NCBI RefSeq assembly: GCF_006345805.1
Contig: NC_043019.1
Span: 24,365,360 to 24,429,359, forward strand
From: Octopus sinensis
Taxonomy: Eukaryota
DNA length: 64,000 nucleotides
Direction of reading: 5' to 3'
Positions 25,786 to 38,379 of this stretch are shown piece by piece. Numbering within the stretch: the stretch's first letter is position 1; every line of letters starts with the position of its first letter. The notes beneath the pieces were generated by a model that ran no database searches, was not told where the DNA came from, and was given only the letters and a program-made list of their open reading frames with translations. A program made the position numbers and the translations under genes.

Positions 25786-26161
25786 TCTCTCTCTATATAA
25801 ACGGCAGTTTGTCTGTGCGTGTTTCTGTGTGTCTGTTTTCTCGTACCCTCACCCTGACCACGGCTTTCAACCGATTCTGATGAAACTTGACACACACATA
25901 GCCCAATGTCATAATTCAAAACTAACGCAGCGAAAATTTTGAAAAGTTCCCCCAGTTCTGAAAAAAATCGATAAATTCGACATGGGGTCGAGAATCAGAA
26001 ACCCAGACCGTCTAGGGGACGCAACTCCACCTTTTTTAACTCTCAAAAAATTTACCATCATTTTTTTTCCATTTTTTTGCTATTTTTTGGCTATAACTCT
26101 CTAAAAATGCTTTACAGTTATTTCCCTTACAAACCTGAGCAACGCCGGGCGATACTGCTAG
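25786..26161 (+). mobile_element. Non-autonomous Helitron (376 bp)
   Basis: A|TC start at 25786; same 3' ~130 bp, hairpin and CTAG|T as 15640-16039, but a different 5' half. Confidence 0.85.
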
Positions 26162-26313
26162 TATATATATATATATATATATTATATATTGTATAGAGGG
26201 CATTATTACACATAAATGCCTCACACTAGGAGGGACAAAGTCATTACTACCAAAATTATACTAATCATACCCAAATGCAGTTTTTCAAAGCAAGACATTT
26301 AAAAAATGAATTT

Positions 26314-26371
26314 AGTTCTGTATCACCGTGATTTCACATTCAACTTACGTCTAATGATCATCAGCAGAACT
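26314..26371 (-). ncRNA. Type I hammerhead ribozyme motif (mirror copy)
   Basis: Exact reverse complement of 26426-26483. Confidence 0.8.
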
Positions 26372-26425
26372 GATTCTGAACACATCATAAATAAACTACC
26401 ATTTATTTATGATGTTTTCAGAATC

Positions 26426-26483
26426 AGTTCTGCTGATGATCATTAGACGTAAGTTGAATGTGAAATCACGGTGATACAGAACT
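26426..26483 (+). ncRNA. Type I hammerhead ribozyme motif
   Basis: Helix I AGUUCUG/CAGAACU; core CUGAUGA at 26433-26439; helix II CAUUAGAC-GUAA-GUUGAAUG with a GNRA loop; GAAA at 26462-26465; helix III A-UCA-CGG-UGA-U; triplet AUA with cleavage predicted after 26476. The 10.1/11.1 pair is U-U rather than canonical G-C. Confidence 0.8.
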
Positions 26484-26755
26484 AAATTCATTTTTTAAAT
26501 GTCTTGCTTTGAAAAACTGCATTTGGGTAGATTTAGTATAATTTTGGTAGTAATGACTTTGTCCCTCCTAGTGTGAGGCATTTATGTGTAATAATGCCCT
26601 CTATACAATATAGATATAATTAATTGTTCAAAGAAAAAAATTATTTTCGAATTCTTTTCTTTTATGAGGTTTTCACGCTAGCTACCCGATAATTTCTTGT
26701 TAAGATCCCTTATTAAGAGATTATCCTTAATTGTTAAATATATATATATATATAT

Positions 26756-26869
<114 letters not shown>

Positions 26870-26981
26870 TATATAATTATATATATACATATATATTCAT
26901 ATATATATATATATATACTTATATATATATATGTATATGTATGTGTGATTATATATATATATATACATATATATATATGTG

Positions 26982-27014
<33 letters not shown>

Positions 27015-28429
27015 GTGTATATACATATACACATACACACACATGTATATATATGTATGTATATATACATACATATACATACATACACACACACTCACTC
27101 ACACATATATATGGAAATAAAGGGAACATAAGGAAACTGATTATGAATATTAACACGGATCTCAAGGGAGCTTTCCGCATACTTATTACAAACGCGGTAT
27201 GATCTTACACATGTAACATGATTGGAATATTTATTCATCAACTCCTAGCAGTAACCCCTACACATTCAGAATTCCATCTATGAAAACGCGTATGTACGCT
27301 CACTCACTCACTCTCACATACACATACACATATACATACGTACATACATAGATTCATATATATTCACATCCGCGCGCATACTCTCACATATGTACACACA
27401 CCTCCAGACACAAACACTCACCCACACATACATACAAATACACCTACATGCACCCATATTTTCCGCTTTACACACACGCAAGCAAACAAACAAGGGTTAG
27501 CAGCAACAGATTTTAAATTCAATGACAGTGGGAGATTGTTCTGCTAAACTGCAGAATATATTTTGCTTGCATCTGGTAAATACACCAACTTCAGAGTTAC
27601 TGTCGACTTTAGGCAATGAGGGGCCACCTATATAGTAATGTGTTTGACAGAATATGTAACAAATTCTTCATGCAATTTCTATTGGTAGAAGAATAGTATG
27701 TTTTAGTGTAGGTTCTTCAAACACCGTCGGGACCTCCCGGACTGATGCAGGAGCATTAAGGTATGCTTAACAGTAGGGTATATGGAATATAGATTAAATG
27801 TATTTGAGTTCTGCATCTGACCATGCAAATCTTGGTACATTAAATAAATATAGTGAAGATTTGAATATTATTTGGTAGAAATATTCTCAAAAATAAGCTT
27901 ATGTGTCTATTTTCTTCATTAGGCAACTGTTTCATACTTGCTTTTTCTATTTTGTCTCCTCTTTCTTTTCGCGCGCGGTTTCGTTGTATATTTCTTTGAC
28001 AAGCAAAGAAACGAATAATCTATTTAGGAAATACATTATTGCAGTCCTACCAACTGTTACGAGTGATTAATTAACTCATTAATTGTATGATTGATATCTA
28101 ATCAGCTTCGTTATGTTGGACATGATTCGACTTCATGTGTCGTCCTAATAATCCGCTGATGAGTAACAGCGCAGAAAATGAGTAACCGATGATGTGCAAG
28201 TTATTATATCTGCATCAATGGAACTGAAAGTTTCCCAAGACGGTGTTCTACAAGATGATTTTCTTAACTGCATCTTAATATTGATAGTAAATTTCTTTTC
28301 TTCTCTTTCAATTTTAATCCGCGCTTTATGATGTACCTCTCTTTTCAAATATCCTGTGAACGTCAATATCATATGGTGTGAATGCGTGTATCTACCTATC
28401 TACGTAGCTACCAAGCTACATAGATATCG

Positions 28430-28497
<68 letters not shown>

Positions 28498-28517
28498 TAT
28501 ATAACATATACATATAC

Positions 28518-28549
<32 letters not shown>

Positions 28550-28605
28550 GTGCATGTATGTGTATGTACGTATGTATATATGTATGTATATATATATATA
28601 TATAT

Positions 28606-28664
<59 letters not shown>

Positions 28665-28736
28665 TGCGTGAGTCGTCTAAAAGACCATAGGTCAAGGAAA
28701 AGATGAACTCGTATATCTGTCAGTAGAGTGAGTGTA

Positions 28737-28865
28737 TTATCCGAAAAGTATAGTATTAAATATCCATCACGACTGTTCTTAGAAATCGGTTTCGCGAAAA
28801 GAATACAATGGAGTCTTAGGTAACAGTCCGATTATATAACTTTACACTCATCACTTTTCGGATAA
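28737..28865. mobile_element. Small MITE, Tc1/mariner-like, flanked by TA
   Basis: TIRs TTATCCGAAAAGT / ACTTTTCGGATAA, with TA on both sides. Confidence 0.6.
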
Positions 28866-28910
28866 TATATATATATATATACATACATACATATATAGAT
28901 AGGTAGATAT

Positions 28911-29826
<916 letters not shown>

Positions 29827-30338
29827 GCATATATACTATCTTTGGATGAGAGCGTATACTGGTGTGTACAATATGGAGTTTCACTGCCGAATATTACAAC
29901 AGTTATACATTATGATTGTTTCTACATTAATAGCGGTCTTTGTCAGTCCAATAAACAAATAGTAGATAAAACTGTCCCACCGTTACTGGCGCTAAACTCG
30001 TTCTCGAAATCCTAACAACTAATCCAATAAACGCAACTTATTTCGGGAGATAAAGATAAAAGAAAGCTGAGTAGTCAATAGCTTATTGACATTGCACTAG
30101 TCTACACCTTATGTCAAAAGGATCTGCTTAGAGAATTACAATTACCAACTTAATCTTGTCAAGGTTGACGTATGTTCTTATCCCACTGGAATCAATAACT
30201 TATGTGAAGTTTATTTACGAAGATAAGTTATCAAAACATTACCAAACTATACTTAGCGGTAGCGTACCAGGATATTTAGTACTGAGTCTCCCATACTTCT
30301 GGGACACATCACACACTCTCGCACGCGCCTACACACAT

Positions 30339-30405
<67 letters not shown>

Positions 30406-30799
30406 CACTCACACACGCACATCACACACGCACATCACACACACACACGTACAAAGCACATTCACATACGCACACACGTATACGTACCCCCATACACCCA
30501 AAAATTTATATGTATCGACAAAGACGCATACTTTTACAAATACGCATACGTACACATATGTATATACATACGCATAGATACACACACATACAGAGGTATA
30601 TTGATATTTGTTGTACACCCGTATATGTGTGTGTATGTGTGTGTGTCTATGCATGTATGTATATGTCTGCGTATGCACATGCACACACACACACGCACGC
30701 ACACACACAAACACACACACATATACATTTTCCACAGTGCGTATTACCTTTCCTCGATCCAGAGAACCACCTACTCATTGAGTTAGAGTGTAAATGGCA

Positions 30800-31340
30800 T
30801 AATACTCTTTAGATAAGGTGTAACTTAATGCAATTCTCTTGTAGATGTAATGTGACGTAGCGTGACAAAAGGGACAACAAAACCAGGGCAGGGCAGGTAT
30901 CTCAAATCATTTAGAATATCTAATTAGGGTAAGGTGAATTTAAAGTCTTACAGCTGTTTCCGGAATATCCCAAGTGATAAACTAGCATGTCCGTACACTG
31001 GACTTTTCGTCATCAGAGAGAATGTGAGTATGTATGAAAGATCTAGACAGGGAAATTCACAGTTTATAAGGAATAAAATAGTAGATAGAAGAATAAAGTG
31101 TAAAACGGTATATAGAAGAATACAGACAGGAGAATATATAAAGTTCACAGCTCATCTTCTTAAGACAGTATGGAGGCTGGTCAGTATTTCCATGAAGGTA
31201 TAGGCCTTTAGGTATAATCCCAAGTAAATTCGATTCTGAATATTCAGTTGCTTCATCACCTGAATTACTTGCTAGTGAATTAATGTATAAGCAGCTGGGT
31301 AGTTCACAGACACGTATACACTTGAAGCAATAAGCAGCTG
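30800..31340 (-). mobile_element. Penelope-like element 3' remnant
   Basis: Minus-strand ..ESNLLGIIPKGLYL resembles the P-x-GLN end of PLE GIY-YIG domains, and is followed by a hammerhead-bearing terminal repeat. Confidence 0.5.
30945..31020 (-). ncRNA. Type I hammerhead ribozyme motif with intact core and long helix II
   Basis: Reads (c)tct-CTGATGA-cgaaaagtccagtg...cacttgggatattccg-GAAA-cagctg-TA-agac. Helix III is the palindrome ACAGCUGU, the triplet is GUA, and helix I has only 3 clean pairs. Confidence 0.7.
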
Positions 31341-31537
31341 GTATAAAAAGTAATTTCTGACAGGTCTGGGCTTGTCAATTATTGTCAATGTATCCTGCTT
31401 CCACACAATTTCCATTTATTCAGTTTCGCTCACAAGGCTTAGATTGAAACAGGAGTATGGCCAAATAACACTTACTTAACTTCAGCTTTATATAGAGAGA
31501 GATATACATCCATACATATACATATATACATACATAC

Positions 31538-31593
<56 letters not shown>

Positions 31594-31898
31594 TTGTACA
31601 TATATATATAATCAATCAAGATTCAAGTGAATCAGGCACCGGGTCAGGTCGAAAAGTAAAATGTGTACACAATAAAAAGAAGAATACATACGCGGGTACC
31701 GAAGTACAGGCAGACATATTCAGGTTATGTATACAACTAACTGTAACCAACTGAGTATATCAATAGCCTTGAGAGTAATCAAGAAACGCACATTGTACTA
31801 AATGTACAATTCGTAATATACTTCGGATCTACACAAGTAGCAGGTTCCAAGTGATGCGCCAATGACAAATGAATAACAGCAGATGGATAATGTGTCAA

Positions 31899-31980
31899 TC
31901 CACTACAGCTGTTTCTAAAGAATTTTTAACTGATTAATGGAGACATTGCACTATTAGAAAAAACCTTTTTCATCAGGGGA
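31899..31980 (-). ncRNA. Type I hammerhead ribozyme motif with intact core and eroded helices
   Basis: Reads tccc-CTGATGA-aaaagg...ttcttta-GAAA-cagctg-TA-gtgga. A diverged inverted copy lies at 32108-32185. Confidence 0.55.
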
Positions 31981-32265
31981 GTACATGAATCACAACGTTA
32001 AAAAACATTCAAAAGCCAACGGCATGTACACCCTTATGATTCTATGAGCCTTACAGATCATAGGTTCTATGACCAGCAAAGTTCATAAAAACATGAAGGG
32101 GAACATGCCGATGGCGGTTTTTTCTAATAGTGTAATGTCTTCATTAACTAATTAAAAAATTTGTTGGAAACAGTTGCAGCGGATTAAAACATTATCCATC
32201 AGTTGTATGTGTGCATGTACGTATGTATGTATGTATGTATGTATGTATGTATGTATGTATGTATG

Positions 32266-32299
<34 letters not shown>

Positions 32300-32489
32300 T
32301 ACATATATGCCATTGGCTATAGGTATTTTCAAATATTCGTGATTCTAATTTTCATAACTTGCTGGAATATACGAATAACACTTGCATATTGCTGACGCGC
32401 ATTGGTCGAAAGCATGGACGCAGATTTTCCATTTAACATACACGCACCCAGACAGAGAGACACATACAAGCGCGCGCACACGCAAACAC

Positions 32490-32527
<38 letters not shown>

Positions 32528-32659
32528 CACACACACGCTCAAGCACATACACATATGAAGAAAACTAGTGGAAAAATCAATAGTTAATAACGAGCATCTA
32601 ATAGATATTTATGGGCCATTCCATAGAATAATATAAGAATATATATATGTACATATATA

Positions 32660-33562
32660 TTGGGTCATCCCATAAATAATGCGGTTTTTTCAATTGCATG
32701 AGCTAAAGATGGACGGGATAAACTACCTACATCAACTTGTTATAAAAGCAGGTAGTAATTTTACCATGACGTATTCTTAGTGAAAGTTTTGGAGAGTGCA
32801 GTTCGATTTTAGCAGTTATTTTTTCAAAGCTATAATGGACACGTACGTGTCCAGGGAGTATATTCGGTATATTTCATTTTATGAGCTCAATAAAGGCAAT
32901 AGTGCAACGGAAAATGCGAGGAATATTAATGCAGCGCATGGGATCGGACAATAAGCAAAAATCAGTGTCAACGATGGTTCCAAAAATTCCGAACTGGAAA
33001 CTACAGCCTAGAATTCGAGCCTCGTCCTGAAAGATTTGTATGGCTTGACAAGGATGTCCTGCAAACCCTGGTGGTACAAAATTCCATTGTAACTGTTGAG
33101 GAACTAGCATAAACGCTTGGATTTGGTCATTCAACCATTCATCGACAACTGCGTGCTATTGTAAAATTCAGCAAATTGGGTCAATGTGTTTCTCACAAAC
33201 TTTCCGAGTCTGTTCGCGTGCAGAGAGTGAATGTGTTATTCTCTTTGCTGTCACGTCTCACGAATGGACCTTTTTCGGACCGAATAAATGACTGGCGACA
33301 AGAAATGGGTTCTCTAAAAAAATGAAGTGCTGAAGAGAGTGGGTAAGGAAAGGAGAAACACCTGCACCCCAGGCTAAAGAAGGTCTTCAGCCACGCAAGG
33401 TGTTGTTATCTGTTTGGTGGGACATGAAAGGTTTAGTCCATTTTGAACTTTTAAACCTGAACCAAACGATAACAAAGGTCTACTGCGAGCAGCTTAAGTG
33501 GTTTAACTCAGCGCTACAAGAGAAACGACCATCTTTGTTTTCAAGACGAAAGGTGTTCTTCC
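32660..33562 (+). mobile_element. Degenerate mariner (Mos1/Hsmar-type) element, 3'-truncated
   Basis: TA|ttgggtcatcccataaataatgcgg TIR-like start; ATG at 32835. Motifs QCQRWFQKFRTGNYSLE..PR, CVSHKLSE (WVPHEL-like), RIMTGDKKW and KVLLSVWWDMKGLVHFELL. Stops are present and the sequence ends just before HDNA. Confidence 0.92.
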
Positions 33563-33690
33563 CTATTACTATAATGGGCGTTATATCCGTCTGTGTGTCT
33601 GTGCCCTAATTCACGGTCAAACGGCTGGACCACTGGTCACGATGCTATTCGGTATTATGAAGGAGGTAATCAGATGGTTTCTAGCGAAAA
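33563..33690 (+). mobile_element. Possible Helitron-like 5' fragment interrupting the mariner
   Basis: ctattactataat...gtctgtgtgtctgtg..cacggtcaaacggctggacc resembles the 5' ends of 15640 and 25786; no 3' CTAG/hairpin confirmed. Confidence 0.35.
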
Positions 33691-33932
33691 AAAAAAAAAA
33701 CGAGAAAAAGTATGATCATTTAATGGATATTGAGTTTTGTATTAATAAATCACCTTTGGTTTGTTTTGTTAAAATTCCGGCAACAAAGATTAACTCAGGA
33801 TCCATACATGCATACATACATACTTAGATACATACATACATACATACATACATACATACATACATACATACATACATACATACATACATACATACATACA
33901 TACATACATACATACATACATACATACACACA

Positions 33933-33964
<32 letters not shown>

Positions 33965-34029
33965 CACATACATATATACATATACATATATATATAAAGG
34001 TAGTGGGTAGCGAACTTCTTCACTACTTC

Positions 34030-34385
34030 AGGGAGTGACGACCCTGCCTGATACGAGTTCCAGGCTCAGCTGGCTCCGGCTAACAGTACCCGGTATGGGC
34101 CCCTATCCAGGGTTACGGAAAGGAGACAACCTTCAAAGAAATCCGGAGTGGAGCCCCGAAGGCGGTCTAGTGTTCGACTTGACACTCTTCCGGCAGCTCC
34201 TGCAACCAAGCTGGTGCCAAACGTAATGCACTGCACTCCACTGGACTACATCAGCAAGGTCGAGAGAGGAAACCTGACGATTGGGCTACCCAGGACTTTC
34301 TTACCTATAGCCCAGGCCTGCGCAAAACTGGAGAGGACACTTCAGTGCTGCTGTAAAAAGCTGCAGAAACAACACGGGAGGTAAC
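34030..34385 (+). mobile_element. Probable RTE-derived non-autonomous fragment
   Basis: GC-rich island; the 3' part encodes ..IAQACAKLERTLQ, weakly like the RTE C-terminal A-x-DR-x2-WR motif. Confidence 0.35.
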
Positions 34386-35499
34386 AGTCACGAGTGATAA
34401 GTCCATTCAGATTGGCGTAAAATATAGGACTACACAGCCACAGCAGGAAATGTATCAGGACATGAAATATAAAAGCCGGACTAGACTACTTCATGCGCAA
34501 CTCCATTGTCTCCCGAGACAGAAAGGATGCCAATACCAATACAATACAATATATATTCCTATGTTTATATTCGTGTAAATATGTGGGTGGTGATGGAGTG
34601 AGTGTATGACTGAGTGTGTCCGTGCGTGTGGATGCGTGTGAGTGTGTAATCACGCACAGACACTCTCGCCCAAGGTAACGTACAGAAGAATAAGAGCTTA
34701 TCCGGTCTATTAATTTCGTTAACATTGACTCGTAGTACGTTTCAGGTCAGGAAAAGCTGACCTTTGTTTCACAACTACTTATGTTGCACAACCACATATG
34801 TGTGCAAATGCTCGTAGCAACAACATTCACATACGTATATATGTATTTATGTATGTGCGTGTGTATAGACGTCCATATGTGGATGTGTGTATGTAAGTGT
34901 ATATACATTCATACTCACACACACACACATATGCTTGTATATTCAAATGTTTAAAGGCCGGCAACGTATCGAATGGAGTATTAATAGGTCAAAGGTATTT
35001 AAAATGACATTTTTAACGCCCTCATTGCTCCTGACCTTTGTAAACATCCCAGACTTGTGCGTTTATTGCGGATGACATCGAATTGGAACATCTGTAAGTT
35101 AAATTTGAGCAGGGTCGTAATGCGGGAGATTTTTGGCTCTGTTGCGAATGATCACGATATATGTGGAAGTGAAGCAAATAAAGAGTAATGGGAATGGAAA
35201 TGACTGGGCAAACGCACTATTCAGTTAGCTAATTAACAGGCACAACAACTGTAATAATTGTAGAAAAAAGAGCAAGTCTGTCAACCGTCTGATGATTGCA
35301 TTTTATCATCACCCGAATGACAATTTTGACGTTGCCCAGGGAGTATGTCTGTGGAGCAGCCGCGTAGTTTTAGATATATTAGCAATAGATTAATATTCGT
35401 CGAAATTTAAGATTGCAGAAGGTCATCATTTAAACAGTAACTGATTGTGAATCAATAGCTTTAGCTTTGTGTGCCACATGTGGGAATTCTCTATATCTG

Positions 35500-35728
35500 T
35501 TTCTTTATTGCCCACGAGGGGCTAAACACAGAGAGGACAAACAAGGACAGACAAACGGATTAAGTCGATTATATCGACCCCAGTGCGTAACTGGTACTTA
35601 ATTTATCGACCCCGAAAGGATGAAAGGCAAAGTCGACCTCGGCGGAATTTGAACTCAGAACGCAACGACAGACGCAATACCGCTAAGCATTTCGCCCGGT
35701 GTGCTAACGTTTTTGCCAGCTCGCCGCC
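35500..35728 (-). mobile_element. tRNA-derived SINE, family B
   Basis: Near-identical to 22801-23017. Confidence 0.92.
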
Positions 35729-35979
35729 GGAATTCTCTATATCAGTCGGGTTTGTATAGTAAAACATAATTTATTTCACTTTCGACGTTACAATATTTTT
35801 GTATCCCGTGTTCAGAAACTCCAAAACACATGTATCTTTTAAAAAGAGTAAGGTCGATGTATTATTACAATTACCAAAAGAGTAGAAACTGTAAAATTAG
35901 AAAAGAACTGGAATAGTTACTACTCTTTATCTAAGGAATTCACATCCAGTGAGATTGACTTTTCATTTATTCCTTTGGG

Positions 35980-36012
<33 letters not shown>

Positions 36013-36199
36013 TGTATGTATGTATGTATGTATGTATGTATGTATGTAGTAAGTACGTACGTATGTATGTATGTATGTATGTGTGTATGAATGTATGTAT
36101 GTATGCATGTATGTATGTATGTATGTATGTATGTATGTATGTATGTATGTATGTATGTACGCCTGCATCTGCAGGCATCAGTTCACTTAAATCAATAAT

Positions 36200-36830
36200 C
36201 TTGAAAAATCAAATGAGATGATCTGGCCACATTATTCGAATGGCACTCCCAAACAGGTGTTTTATGGCGAACTTGCAGAAGGGAAACACAATCAGTGTAA
36301 ACCTAAAATGAGGTTTAAAGAGTGTATAAAGGCTAACATGAAGTCACTTGAAAATGATCCGAAAACCATAGAAACTCTTGCTTCGGATTGCGTTGGATGG
36401 TAAACAAAAGTGTGGAGTGGAGTGAAATCTTTTGAAGAAATCAGGATGACCCATGCAAAACTCAAAAGAGATTTAAAGAAAATGCTACGATCAACAAGAA
36501 AATGAATCCCAACAATTTGTGACAGACCATATCTTTCTTTTGCTGGGCTCAAAACTCATTTGCAGACCCATTCAAAACGAACCTCCACAAACTACTCTGC
36601 AAGTATCTGTGCATACTTGTCAATGCCGTGTATACCATAAGGTCTGCAAATCTGACAGAGGCCTCAAAACACATTTTAAGAAACACAAATATCAGAACCT
36701 AAATGCAGTTCTTGGTCCAAAGAAAATGTGAAATTTATGTGCGTGTCTTTTCAAAATATTGTTTGGTTTAAGAAGCCACATCAAACGCCATGATAGATCT
36801 AAGACACTGCATAAGGAGTAGACACCCACC
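36200..36830 (+). mobile_element. RTE/BovB-like LINE 3' fragment with two C2H2-like motifs
   Basis: PKQVFYGELAEGK....KPKMRFKECIKANMK..ETLASD..GW, then CRVYHKVCKSDRGLKTHFKKH and CEI/CACLFKILFGLRSHIKRH (second motif frameshifted). Confidence 0.8.
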
Positions 36831-36869
36831 ATGTATGTATATATGTATGTGCACTACCTTCAAACATGT

Positions 36870-37640
36870 AGTCATCCCCTCTTACCAGTTATGCTGATAA
36901 TATAACAATATCACAAGCAATGAAGAACACTGAAGATACCTCAAAACTGCAGAAGGATTCAAACTCAGTATACATGTGGGCTGAAGAAAACAATGTACAG
37001 TTCAATGCTAACTGTATATAATGCCCACAAACAGACACCAATCATAATATACAGAAATAAGGAGTATTGAAATCTCAAAGATAGATTCCGTGCATGAGCT
37101 AGGAATACACGAAAGCGGTGATGCATCATTCAATGTGCATATCACAAAAATGACAATAATGTGCAGGCCAATGACTGGTTAGATTTCGAGATTACTTGTT
37201 CCAATTATGGTCTCCACAAATCATGAAATTAACGAAAGAACTCAAGACAACTCAACGCCACTGTACCAAAATAATTGCCTTACTGGAACAGATGAACTAC
37301 CGCGGAAGGTTAAAAGAGTCTAAGCTATACTTTCTTGAGAGGAGACGCGAAAGGTTTGCAGTAGTATATATTATGGGAGATCTTACAAGGTCCAATACCC
37401 AACTTTGGGGTTGAAACTATACCAATCACCGGATATGACGCCATAGTATAGTAGCAAAGATCTCCCCAGCTCCGTTCGCAGTAAGAAGCAATGCAAGGGT
37501 TCAAAAGCCCCAAACTGTTCAATATACTTCTAAAAGACCTCAAGAATCTACTAGGTGTAGATATGCATGTGCTCAAATAATTGGACAAATATACATGATG
37601 AACCTATGCCACAGCAAGAACGGGAAAGAAGGTCAGCTCT
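36870..37640 (+). mobile_element. Old CR1/L2-group LINE 3' fragment, related to 2540-5960
   Basis: SYADNITI..LQKDSNSVYMWAEENNVQFNA and QLWSPQ..ELKTTQRHCTKII...NYRGRLKESKLYFLERRRERF; many stops. Confidence 0.8.
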
Positions 37641-38009
37641 GTCCACATCATTACTTTACTAGAAAAATCACTTTATAGTAAACAAGCATTAGCGCAAATG
37701 GCGTGCTCCTGTATGACCCAACCTCTGTCTGAAACTGATAACGGAATATAAGTATATGTCTGTTTTTAAAAACACTTTAAGTTGTGTTAGGGAGAATGTA
37801 GATACTTGTTTATTCAAATAATGGAACTCACAAGATCAGTCTTGTTTCCTTCAAATTTTGAAATCATCCGTCAGTCTCAAATAATTTCGAAAGATACACA
37901 AATTATTCTTTTATGTGGGTGGCCTCATCTGAATAAACAAATACATTTAGGAATTTGCATATACATATCCACACGTGCGTGCACACATACCCACATACAC
38001 GCACACGCA

Positions 38010-38068
<59 letters not shown>

Positions 38069-38379
38069 AGAGGCCAGGCAAAATAAAACGGTCGAATTCA
38101 ATGCTGAAACATGCGAGGGTATGGAAAAAATATATTTGGGGATATGTCAAAAGGGAAATGAGCTGCAACATAAAAATATAATAATATATATATATTGGCC
38201 GATAAAAAGGCATATGTGTAGATGAAAGTATAAAATCGGGTATCACTTATTAATATCTATTCAAATTCAAAATTTAAATAGAAAAATACATCCAATATAT
38301 TCGAAGTTATGATATAAATAGTAAAACATATGCAATAACAAAAAATAGCAAGAGACTTGGAATCAACTCGCTATTGCGA

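Larger units (their letters stand above)
26185..26612. repeat. Near-perfect palindrome: 211-bp arms (26185-26395 / 26402-26612) with a 6-nt loop; probable inverted Penelope-like terminal repeat
   Basis: Arms are reverse complements with about 4 mismatches; each arm carries a hammerhead motif. Confidence 0.9.

Noticed and set aside
30156-30812. 218-aa ORF
   Set aside because: Mostly (CA)n and (TG)n low-complexity sequence.
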